Of a DNA stretch of 64,000 bases, positions 11,081-19,981 are shown piece by piece. Within the stretch, counting starts at the first letter, position 1. The number at the start of each line of letters is the position of its first letter. The notes beneath the pieces are model-generated. The model had not been told where the DNA came from and searched no databases. It saw only the letters and a program-made list of their open reading frames with translations. Source of the DNA: Cutibacterium namnetense (GTDB lineage: Bacteria > Actinomycetota > Actinomycetes > Propionibacteriales > Propionibacteriaceae); contig NZ_LWHO01000009.1 of the NCBI RefSeq assembly GCF_001642025.1, positions 45,156-109,155 on the forward strand, given 5' to 3'. Position numbers and translations under genes: made by a program.

Positions 11081-11566
11081 ATGTTTGTCCAGATCGCTGC
11101 CAGTCTGGCAGCCGCATCTACCCTTGCACTCGGCGCGCCGGGAGCTCCCACACCCATTGATGAGAGCCACCTTCCAGTCGGCCCCCAGGTGTCGGTGACA
11201 GATTCCGCCCAGCACACCGGGCCATTCACTGCAACCACTCCTCTCACCATCAAGGTCAAGCCGAACGCACCGTGCGTGCGAGCCGACGGTTACCAGGCAT
11301 CCCTGGTGGCCCGCGTCCTCGACGGCAAAGGCCGTCAGGTGTGGACCGGAACGTTCGACGAGTCGCAGCTCATCGGCGGCAAAGGTTTCGGCACTGCGAC
11401 GTTCCACGTCGACTCTGCGGCAGCGGCGTTCAACTATCACGGCGATAAGCGCACCACCTACCGGGCTGTCAGCTACTGTGCCTACCCGCACTACGTTAAC
11501 GGTGCCCGGGAGCGCCTCTCCCAGGTGAGCGCTAAGACATTCGCGGTGAATCCTGCCGCCAACTGA
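11081..11566 (+). CDS. Secreted hypothetical protein (Sec signal peptide)
   Basis: The N-terminus MFVQIAASLAAASTLALGAPGAP is a signal peptide. An RBS GGGGGA sits upstream and an AT-rich patch precedes the gene. The protein has 2 Cys and no recognised family. Confidence 0.55.
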   Translation: MFVQIAASLAAASTLALGAPGAPTPIDESHLPVGPQVSVTDSAQHTGPFTATTPLTIKVKPNAPCVRADGYQASLVARVLDGKGRQVWTGTFDESQLIGGKGFGTATFHVDSAAAAFNYHGDKRTTYRAVSYCAYPHYVNGARERLSQVSAKTFAVNPAAN

Positions 11567-11604
11567 GTCAACGCGCGTGGGCAGCGCCGCCGGACCACCT
11601 CCGA

Positions 11605-12927
11605 ATGGCCCCGGTCTGTCGTCCCGCTGGCGCCATAGCGATGAGACGGCGCTGCCCATGTGGGCATCTCGGTTATCCTGCCACCGTGATCCTTGACCCA
11701 GGTTCAGCCCGCATACGCGCCCGCACCGTCTCGATCCCGGACCCAGGCCCGCTCGAAAGCTACCTGACGCCCAGCGACTCGGTGTGCTTTTTGCACCGCA
11801 ACTACGGCATGGTTGGACTGGGCGAGATCACACGATTTGAGACTGATTCCCCAGCAGCCGCTGACGTCTGGTGGGAAGCGCTATGCGACGATCTCGAGCA
11901 CGAGACTGAGATACCTGGCGCTGAAGCCACCGGGCCAGTCGCCTTCGGATCCTTCACTTTTGACCCAGACCGGTCTTCATCACAGTCCGTGATGATCCTT
12001 CCCAAAACGATCATTGGACGCTGGCCTGGTTACTCCTGGCTCACCCAACTTTCCTGGGACAGCATCGCCGACGATCCTCCTCATCAGCAAAGTGCGCCCG
12101 AGTCCCCCGGGACGATGACGGTGCGTGACGGCGTCATCAGCGAGCGAAGTTGGTACCAGGTGGCCCGACTCGTCCAAGACATCATGCGTCCAGGAGAGCT
12201 CGACCAGCTCGTCCTCATGCGTGACGTCGAAGCCAAGGCCGCCTCCCCTATCGACCCGCGATGGATCGTCGAGACCCTGCGTCACCAATTCCCCAACGCA
12301 TATACCTACCTCGTCGAGGGATCTGTCGGCACCACCTCGAAGCTGACCGTCGGGGTGAGCAAGTCCTTAATCACTTCCCGGGTACTAACCCACTCCCCCG
12401 CTACCGACACCAACCACCAAACCCTGTTATCGGCGCTTCAGGGCAAGGGGCCGCTGGCCACCCACCACGACGAAATCGTCAAGCAGACCTGCCAACGTCT
12501 CGAGCAATTCTGCGACACGGTCCATGTTCCTGACTGTCCGGGATGCGTCTACAGCGACGCTTCAAACTACCTTGTCACCGACGTCACTGGTATCCACTCC
12601 CCCGCCCAGGGGTCCTGTCTCGCCCTCGTGCAGGCTCTGTGCCCGCCAGCTTTTGTCACCGGGCTGCCACCGCATTGCGCCAGGTCCGTGCTGGCCGAGG
12701 TTGAGCACGTCGACCGGGGCCGCGTCTCCGGCCCTACCGGCTGGGTCGATTCTTTGGGCAATGGCCAGTGGGTTACTGACTGCCGTGGCGGTCAGATCGA
12801 CGCCACCGACCCCTCACTGGTCCATGTGTTCTCTGGCCACCCTGTCGGCCACGACGACGACACGGACGTCTTATCGGCCGAGGCGGAGCATCGCATCGAT
12901 GCGCTGCGAGACCTCTTCTTGGCGTGA
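11605..12927 (+). CDS. menF: Chorismate-utilising enzyme homologue, probably menaquinone-specific isochorismate synthase
   Basis: The C-terminal region CPPAFVTGLPPHCARSVLAEVEHVDRGRVSGPTGWVD resembles the chorismate-binding core (compare the PabB half of pabAB in this window: FPGGSMTGAPK...RGIYSG). It lies among men genes. The exact start is uncertain. Confidence 0.5.
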   Translation: MAPVCRPAGAIAMRRRCPCGHLGYPATVILDPGSARIRARTVSIPDPGPLESYLTPSDSVCFLHRNYGMVGLGEITRFETDSPAAADVWWEALCDDLEHETEIPGAEATGPVAFGSFTFDPDRSSSQSVMILPKTIIGRWPGYSWLTQLSWDSIADDPPHQQSAPESPGTMTVRDGVISERSWYQVARLVQDIMRPGELDQLVLMRDVEAKAASPIDPRWIVETLRHQFPNAYTYLVEGSVGTTSKLTVGVSKSLITSRVLTHSPATDTNHQTLLSALQGKGPLATHHDEIVKQTCQRLEQFCDTVHVPDCPGCVYSDASNYLVTDVTGIHSPAQGSCLALVQALCPPAFVTGLPPHCARSVLAEVEHVDRGRVSGPTGWVDSLGNGQWVTDCRGGQIDATDPSLVHVFSGHPVGHDDDTDVLSAEAEHRIDALRDLFLA

Positions 12928-12991
12928 GTTGAGGCCTTGTCGTACAAAACGGCGAGACACGCCATCAGGCGACGCCGAGCCCGCCCACCAA

Positions 12992-14728
12992 TCACCGCCG
13001 TTTGCGCTCGATGACCTTCTTCTCGGCATTGCCGCCCCGAGCTTCCTGACGAGCCTCGGCCAGTTGACGCTGCGACTCCTCACGCATTTCAGCCAAGTCC
13101 TGCTGATTCATACCGCCCATCCGCAGGAATCCGAATACCACCACGGCGATGAACACCGACACCCATGGCGACCACCCCAACACTAACGGGATGGTGATAA
13201 GAGCAACCATGTCGAGCCCGCGGATGAGGTTGAACATCAATCCGGGGGGCATTGAGCCGGCCTGAGTTGCCACCATCGGCGAGGAGTAATCGGCCGGTTT
13301 TGCACTGACCCACCGAATCGCACCAGCAAGACCGCCAGCAGCCGCCACCAAGCCATACATGATGGCCTGCTCCCACGGCCTTGATATCGCCGAGCCGACG
13401 CCGTGGAAGGCTGGGATGACGGCAATCGCCCACAACGCTGCTGCCACCGCAGGCACCACGGAGGCGGCCGAAATCACCTGGCTGGTCGTGAAAGGCAAAC
13501 AGCGCACCAGCCCCTTGCTACGGGTGAGTACTCGCAAGCTGGTAAAGAAGGGAACCAAAGCCGCGATGAGCACCAAGGCCGACACCGGGACTGTCAGGGC
13601 ACCGAATCCCAAGGCAGAGACGGCGTAGGGCACCACAGCCGTCACGATGAGGGTGAGCAGCGGCTTCGGGGACCGCATGACACGCTGCACATCGCGCCAC
13701 ACCAAAGCCCTCAAGCCCTCGCCCCGTCCGCGAGTGGGGCGCACCTGGCCGCGTTCGATGGCTTCTCGTTCCTGAAGAATGTCGCGTATGAGGGCGAAGT
13801 CGAGGGCGAAGGCGGCACCCTGCATACCGGAAGCCAGTGAACCCCCGGCCATGAGTCGGGCGCGTCGGATCTGGTTCAGGCGCAGTCGTGCTAGCAGAAA
13901 AGTGACGACAAGCAGTACCGCTCCAGCTCCGGCAACCACCCAAGCAGAAGTGAGGTTAGTGTCACTCGACATCGGCACTGCGTACCACCCTGACGCCGTC
14001 GATATGACTCCCAGCAGTACTACCAGACCAGCCAATCCGGCCAGCGTTTCGACCGCCTTCACCGACCACGTACGTTCGGCCCCCTGTTCAGCACTCGCAA
14101 AAGAGACAACTCCGGCAGCACCCAGGGCGCTCGCCAGGGTCCAGGCGACGACGGCCTTCCCAGCGCCCCCAGTAAGGGCAGCCACCAAGGCCCCCAGGAC
14201 GGCACCACCGATCACCGAAACGAGCACCGCAGCTCGTAGCCGTTTGGCGAGAAACTTGGCCCGGTCAATCGGAGCGTCCATGAGCCAGAATCCCTCAGCT
14301 GCCGAGGCAAGTACCGGCCCAAACACCCGGGCCGCGGCCAGGGCAAAGGCCAACACTCCTGACAATGCCGCCCACGGCAGCAGACCGCGCGCCGTCCGGC
14401 ATCCCGTCGAGGTGCAGCCCGAGGCCTGCCCTTGGGCCTGCACGATGAGGCTGATGACCATGGCAAGGACGACAACCAACGAAAAGACGAGCACGTAAGC
14501 GTCGCCAATGGCCTGCCAGATATTGCGGGTAGTACGGCCTTTACGCCAGTCGCCCATCAGTAGGGAGAGCTGACGTTCGTCAGCCTGACCGCCGAAGAAC
14601 TCGTCGGGGCGGTGAGCGATGACCAGCTCAGGGTCGGGGACGACCGCCGCCTCCGTCCTGGCATTCTGCGATTCGGACGGGGACGCCTTAGAGCGAGACT
14701 TGGAGTGCTTACTGTTGCGCCGACTCAT
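12992..14728 (-). CDS. Polytopic membrane protein, putative ABC transporter permease
   Basis: A 578-aa protein with a basic N-terminal tail and 10-12 predicted TM helices. It is translationally coupled to the upstream ABC ATPase (overlap 14725..14728). Confidence 0.6.
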   Translation of the reverse strand: MSRRNSKHSKSRSKASPSESQNARTEAAVVPDPELVIAHRPDEFFGGQADERQLSLLMGDWRKGRTTRNIWQAIGDAYVLVFSLVVVLAMVISLIVQAQGQASGCTSTGCRTARGLLPWAALSGVLAFALAAARVFGPVLASAAEGFWLMDAPIDRAKFLAKRLRAAVLVSVIGGAVLGALVAALTGGAGKAVVAWTLASALGAAGVVSFASAEQGAERTWSVKAVETLAGLAGLVVLLGVISTASGWYAVPMSSDTNLTSAWVVAGAGAVLLVVTFLLARLRLNQIRRARLMAGGSLASGMQGAAFALDFALIRDILQEREAIERGQVRPTRGRGEGLRALVWRDVQRVMRSPKPLLTLIVTAVVPYAVSALGFGALTVPVSALVLIAALVPFFTSLRVLTRSKGLVRCLPFTTSQVISAASVVPAVAAALWAIAVIPAFHGVGSAISRPWEQAIMYGLVAAAGGLAGAIRWVSAKPADYSSPMVATQAGSMPPGLMFNLIRGLDMVALITIPLVLGWSPWVSVFIAVVVFGFLRMGGMNQQDLAEMREESQRQLAEARQEARGGNAEKKVIERKRR

Positions 14729-15378
14729 CCGCGCGGGCCTCCCAACTCGACAGTTCGGGCTCCCAGGGTCTCGACAAGGGCTGGCTCGTGGCTGGCCATC
14801 ACAATTGCCAGGCCGTGATTCATCTCTTCGCGCAGCCTCTTACCAAGCCATGCGACACCTTCGACGTCAAGGCGGGCCTCGGGCTCATCCAAGACGAGGA
14901 GTTTGCGGGGGCGCACGAGGGCCGTTGCCAAGCCCAGTCGGCGCCGCTGACCGGAGGAGAGAGTGCCGGGAAGCTGACCGGACTGTGGGACGAGCTGGAC
15001 TTCCTCGAGCACCTCGTCAACGAGAGCGTCCGCGTCGACCAGCCCGTGAGCGCGGGCAAGTAAATCGAGGTGTTCTACCACCGACAGATCGGGGAAGAAG
15101 TCAAGGTCGTCAATGACCGTAGCAACGTTGCGACGAAACTCCGGATTCGTCTCGGAAACCTTTTTACCAAGCACCTCGATCGTTCCAGAGCTTGGGCGGT
15201 CGGCTCCCACCAGCATTCTCAACACCGTTGACTTACCGGCTCCGTTGCGGCCAGTAAGAGCGACGGCTTCCCCCTCATGAACGGTGAGGGAGAGGTGATC
15301 AATAATGATTCGGTCACCATAAGACTTCGAGATGTCCTTAGCGATGAGGACAGTAGAGCGGGATGCCATGCTGGCCAT
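14725..15378 (-). CDS. ABC transporter ATP-binding protein
   Basis: Carries Walker A (GRNGAGKST), the signature LSSGQRRR and Walker B (LLVLDEP). Confidence 0.85.
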   Translation of the reverse strand: MASMASRSTVLIAKDISKSYGDRIIIDHLSLTVHEGEAVALTGRNGAGKSTVLRMLVGADRPSSGTIEVLGKKVSETNPEFRRNVATVIDDLDFFPDLSVVEHLDLLARAHGLVDADALVDEVLEEVQLVPQSGQLPGTLSSGQRRRLGLATALVRPRKLLVLDEPEARLDVEGVAWLGKRLREEMNHGLAIVMASHEPALVETLGARTVELGGPRG

Positions 15379-15478
15379 TCTCCCGCACTTGCAAGACCCA
15401 CCTCAACCGGCATTGACTCATGGACCAACCTGCCCGAGGGGGTCAAGGGGGAGTCGCCTCCCCCTTACAATAAAACCC

Positions 15479-16198
15479 GTGTTGACAACCCGAGCCACCC
15501 TGGACAAACACCACACTGACGTCGCATCGATGTTCGACGGGGTGGCGAAACGCTATGACCTCATGAACCAGATCATGACGCTCGGGGCGATCGACACTTG
15601 GCGCGACCTCGTCGTCGCTGCGGTAGAGCCGGAACCCGGCCAGACCATCCTGGATCTGGCGGCTGGAACCGGCACCTCCTCAGCTACGTTTGCCGCCCGG
15701 GGCGCGCAGGTCTATCCCACCGATATTTCCACCGGGATGCTGGCGGTGGGTAAGCAGCGCCAGCCGCATCTGCACTTCGTCGCCGGGGACGCCACCTGCC
15801 TGCCCTACGCCGACAACTCCTTCGACGCCGTGACGATCTCCTACGGTCTGCGCAACGTCGAGGACCCACAAAAGGCACTGCGCGAGATGCTGCGCGTCAC
15901 CAAGCCTGGCGGCCGGGTCGTCATCTGCGAGTTCTCCTACCCCACCTGGGCACCGTTCCGCCACGTCTACACCAAGTACCTGCTGGCGGCGATCCCGGCC
16001 ATGGCCAAGCTGGCCTCCTCGAACCGGGATGCCTATGACTACCTGGCCGAGTCGATCCTCGCCTGGCCCGACCAGCCTCATCTGGCAGACATGATGGCCG
16101 AGGCCGGCTGGCAGGCCATTGCGTGGCGCAATGTCTGTGGCGGCGTCGTCGCCTTGCATCGTGGTTGGAAGGGCAGTGACGAGAAGGAGATGGCCTGA
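15479..16198 (+). CDS. menG: Demethylmenaquinone/ubiquinone methyltransferase
   Basis: [18 protein letters not shown] is the UbiE N-terminal motif, LDLAAGTG is the SAM-binding motif, and the C-terminal half is UbiE-like. The start is probably the GTG at 15479; the track ORF begins at 15332. Confidence 0.85.
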   Translation: MLTTRATLDKHHTDVASMFDGVAKRYDLMNQIMTLGAIDTWRDLVVAAVEPEPGQTILDLAAGTGTSSATFAARGAQVYPTDISTGMLAVGKQRQPHLHFVAGDATCLPYADNSFDAVTISYGLRNVEDPQKALREMLRVTKPGGRVVICEFSYPTWAPFRHVYTKYLLAAIPAMAKLASSNRDAYDYLAESILAWPDQPHLADMMAEAGWQAIAWRNVCGGVVALHRGWKGSDEKEMA

Positions 16199-16199
16199 G

Positions 16200-17948
16200 G
16201 TGAAAGGTCCCTCCTCCCCGATCCTCCTCGACGCCTGGGCAGCTCGCAGCTGCCCGGTCAAGACCCAGAACGCCTATGACCCCACCCTGTCAGAACCGGT
16301 CGGCGATCCGCGTGACGACGAGCTCTTCGCAGGGGCGGAGGCCCACCTGACGGTCATCTGTGACGCCCTGGCAGCCGTCACGGACGCCGTCGATCTGCGC
16401 TCGGTCACCTTGAGCGTGGCCGGTCGCCGGGTCGCCACCCGCAGGGCCATCGAGGCCGGTGCACCCGTCATCGTCTGCCCTGAGTTGCCGTCGTCCCCGC
16501 AGGAGCACCGCACCGGCTCCCCCAACGCCTTGGTGCTGGCCGGCAAGCGTGCCGACGGCGGGCCTGGATATTTGCCGGTCATCGTCAAGGACTACCTGGT
16601 GCTGGAGAGCCACCACACCCTGGCGGAATTCACCTGGGTGTCCCCCCTGAATGATCCGGATCCTCGCCACGCACGGATGTCACTGGACCAGACCTTCCGC
16701 GCCGGCCGGGAACGCGCCCTCATCCAGGCCGCCCATCACTGGAGGCTCCTCGAGGGCCTGGGCCTGGTCGCCACCCCTGACGAGTGCCCCAGCCATCGAC
16801 GTCTCGTGGGGCTGGTCGGCCACGACGAGATTGGGATCCTCGACGACAACTTGGCCGTCTCCTGGCTCGATCTCGACCACAAGTTCATTCGCACCTTCTC
16901 GCGCTCGTCCGCCTCGGGATGGCGTCGCCGCAGCGTGCTGGACCGATACGACCACGAGCACACCTTCCGGGTGTCGGTGGCCGAGCACGCCATCGCCGGC
17001 GGCGAGCCGATGGTCGCCCCGATCGTCGTGCGTGAGTGCGAGTCCTGTCAGTGGTGGGCCATCTGTGAGCCACGTCTCGACGATGCCGATCTCTCCCTGC
17101 GCATCTCCAAGGCTCCCCTGGACGTCCGGGAGATCTCGACCCTGCGTCGTCTCGGGGTTTCCACCGTCGACGACCTGGCCGACGCCGACCTGGACGAGCT
17201 GCTGCCGGTCTACCTGCCTGAGGTTCAACACCGTCCCCGACCCGAACAACGACTCCGGGCGGCCGCCCGTCGCGCGCGCCTCATCCGTCAGGGAGTCCTG
17301 CTGGAGCGCAACGATGAGGGACCCATCGAGGTGGCCTCGTCCCGACTGGAACTCGACTTCGACATCGAGACCTCTCCGGATGGCCGGGTCTATCTGTGGG
17401 GTTTCGAGGTCAGTGATCCTGAACGCCTGCTCGACTCGACGACCGGTGACGTGCCCTATTACGTCGCCTTCAGCGAGTTCGCTGACATGGGCGACGACGA
17501 TGAGAACGCACTGGCCGCCCGCGCCATCGCCTGGCTCGACGAGATCCTCTCGGCCCACCCGGAGACGATCGTGGTCCACTACTCCGACTACGAGATCGTC
17601 CATCTGCGTCATTTCGGCCACGTCTGCCAGGACGTGGAGACTCGTCAAGCGGTACGTCGGCTGCTGGACTCCGGCTGTTTCGTTGACCTCTTCACCACCA
17701 TCAAGGCGCACTTCTTCGGGGTCAACGGGATTGGTCTGAAGGTCGTTGCCAACGCCGGCGCCGGGTTCTCCTGGCGTGACCCGGACCCGGGTGGCCTCAA
17801 CTCCCAGACCTGGTGGGACCTCGCCGTCCATGACCCCGATCCGCAGGTCCGCGAGTCCTCCAGAACCCGAGTCATGGAATACAACGAGGACGACGTGAAG
17901 GCTACCCTCGCTGTTCGCCGTTGGCTTGCCGAGAGGCCCTCCGAGTAA
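16200..17948 (+). CDS. RecB-family nuclease, TM0106-type (Cas4-like PD-(D/E)xK region plus RNase-H-like exonuclease domain)
   Basis: A Cys cluster ...VVRECESCQWWAICEPRL..., a later DFDIETSPDGRVYLWGFEV and ...YNEDDVKAT (DEDD-like exonuclease). The GTG start at 16200 lies immediately after the menG stop, with AAGGAG 11 nt upstream. Confidence 0.65.
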   Translation: MKGPSSPILLDAWAARSCPVKTQNAYDPTLSEPVGDPRDDELFAGAEAHLTVICDALAAVTDAVDLRSVTLSVAGRRVATRRAIEAGAPVIVCPELPSSPQEHRTGSPNALVLAGKRADGGPGYLPVIVKDYLVLESHHTLAEFTWVSPLNDPDPRHARMSLDQTFRAGRERALIQAAHHWRLLEGLGLVATPDECPSHRRLVGLVGHDEIGILDDNLAVSWLDLDHKFIRTFSRSSASGWRRRSVLDRYDHEHTFRVSVAEHAIAGGEPMVAPIVVRECESCQWWAICEPRLDDADLSLRISKAPLDVREISTLRRLGVSTVDDLADADLDELLPVYLPEVQHRPRPEQRLRAAARRARLIRQGVLLERNDEGPIEVASSRLELDFDIETSPDGRVYLWGFEVSDPERLLDSTTGDVPYYVAFSEFADMGDDDENALAARAIAWLDEILSAHPETIVVHYSDYEIVHLRHFGHVCQDVETRQAVRRLLDSGCFVDLFTTIKAHFFGVNGIGLKVVANAGAGFSWRDPDPGGLNSQTWWDLAVHDPDPQVRESSRTRVMEYNEDDVKATLAVRRWLAERPSE

Positions 17949-18091
17949 TCCTGGGACGCCTGGTCACGACGTTTCGCCGTGACGGGTGTCGCCATCGGCA
18001 TGAGGTCAGGCAAAGATGATCCTGGCATGGCAAAGGTATACGGTTTTGTTGACACGTCCCTGACGATCCCTATCCGCTCATCTGGAGACCC

Positions 18092-19879
18092 ATGCGTTCC
18101 TTGACACGAATCCTTCGATTCACCTCGCAGCTGTGGAAGTTCTACCTCGGGGTCGTCATCTCGGCTGTCATCGTCGCAATCACTCAGCTGGCCGTACCCT
18201 TCGTCATCGCCCGGGCCACCGACCTCGCCGTGGCAGGCGTGCGCGGCAACGACCACCACATCCGCGACATCATGCTTCTCGCGGTGGTCATCCTCGTCCT
18301 CGACGTCGTCAACTCCCTGCTCACCAACGTCAACGGATGGCTGGGCGACATCATGAGCGCCAAGATGCGCCAGATCCTGTCGACCCGGTACTTCAGCAAG
18401 CTGCTGGAGCTGCCGCAGTCCTGGTTCGACGAGGAGCTCACCGGATCGATCACCTCCAAGCTCACCCGATCGATCACCAATGTCACCGACTTCGCCAAGG
18501 CCTTCTCGAACAACTTCTTCACCCTGCTGCTGACGACGTTCGCCGTCCTCATCATTTCGGCCATCTACTCCTGGCCGCTGGCCCTGCTGTTGGCGATCGT
18601 CTTCCCGATCTACGTCTGGTTGACGGCCTTGACGTCACGCAACTGGCAGACCCATCGGGACGTCATCAACCACCACATCGACACCGCCGGCGGGCGGTTC
18701 CAAGAGGTCGTCTCGTAGATTCGCGTCGTCAAGTCCTACGTCACCGAGGCCAGCGAGCAGAAACAATTCAACAACCACTACGACGCCACCGTCGACGCCA
18801 CCCGCTAGCAGTCCAACCACTGGCACCTCATGGACACCGTGCGGAGGGTGGTCCTCAACGTCATCTTCTTCGGTATCTACGCCATCATCTTCGTCCGAAC
18901 GGCCAAGGGATACTTCGGCGTCGGGGACATGATCCTGCTCATCCAGCTCATGACGATGGCTCGCCAGCCGGTGCAGATGATGAGTTACATCATCGACGTC
19001 GCCCAGCGCGCCGTGGCCGGGTCCAAGGACTACTTCTCCGTCATGGAGACCCGTCCGGCCCACGTACCGCAGACCGCCACGACGACCATCCGCGAGCCCG
19101 AGCCGGGCGTCCCGATGATCTCCTTCAACGACACCGTCTTCAGCTACGACGGCACCAATCGGGTCATCGACCATGTCACCTTCGACGTCAGTCCCGGCGA
19201 GAAGGTGGCACTTGTGGGCGAATCCGGGGGCGGAAAGTCCACCTTGGTGAACCTGCTGCTCGGCCTCTACCCGGTCACCGAGGGCGCCATCATGGTGGCC
19301 GGCAACGATATCTCTCAGGTGACCCCGGATGCCTTGCGACGCCGTATCGGAGTGGTCTTCCAGGATCCGGCACTGTTCTCCGGATCGATCCGGGAGAACA
19401 TCGCCTACGGCACCGAGGCCACCGACGCGCAGATCCGCGACGCTGCTCACCGCGCCTACGCCGACCGCTTCATCAAGCGGTTCTCCCAGCAGTACGACAC
19501 CCTCGTCGGGGAGCGCGCTATCAAGCTCTCCGGTGGCCAGAAGCAGCGCATCTCGATTGCCAGGGCCCTGCTCAAGGACGCCCCGATCCTCGTTCTCGAC
19601 GAGGCCACCTCAGCCCTGGACACCAAGTCCGAGCGGTGGGTGCAGGCCGGTCTGGAATCCCTCATGGCCGACCGCACCAGCCTCATCATCGCCCACCGCC
19701 TCTCGACGATCTCCAGCGTCGACCGGATCGTCACCCTGGACGCCGGTCGCGTCGACGAGATCGGCACCCCGGCCGAGCTGGCCGCCTCCGGAGGTATCTA
19801 CGCCGAGTTGTTGGCCCTGCAGGCATCCAGCTCGAAGGCCGACCGCAAGAAGCTGGAGCGATTCGGCATCAAACTGTAA
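18092..19879 (+). pseudogene. ABC exporter (fused TMD-NBD, MsbA/IrtA-like) interrupted by two in-frame TAG codons
   Basis: A single reading frame. The N-terminal 6-TM domain occupies 18092..18715, TAG falls at 18716..18718 and again at 18797..18799, and the frame then continues with Walker A (GESGGGKST), LSGGQKQRISIARAL and Walker B (ILVLDEAT). Confidence 0.7.
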
Positions 19880-19981
19880 TGAGGACCGCGCCGACGATGG
19901 CACCGACGCAGCCGCGTCACGAACGGCGAATCGTCCCGACGCGTTTTGGGCCGGGCCGCAGCGGTGTCACGGGGTCGTGGA

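Noticed and set aside
16651-17831. A 362-aa plus-strand ORF and a 383-aa minus-strand ORF inside the RecB-like nuclease gene.
   Set aside because: They are off-frame or antisense to the ORF carrying the nuclease motifs. Low-complexity translation.
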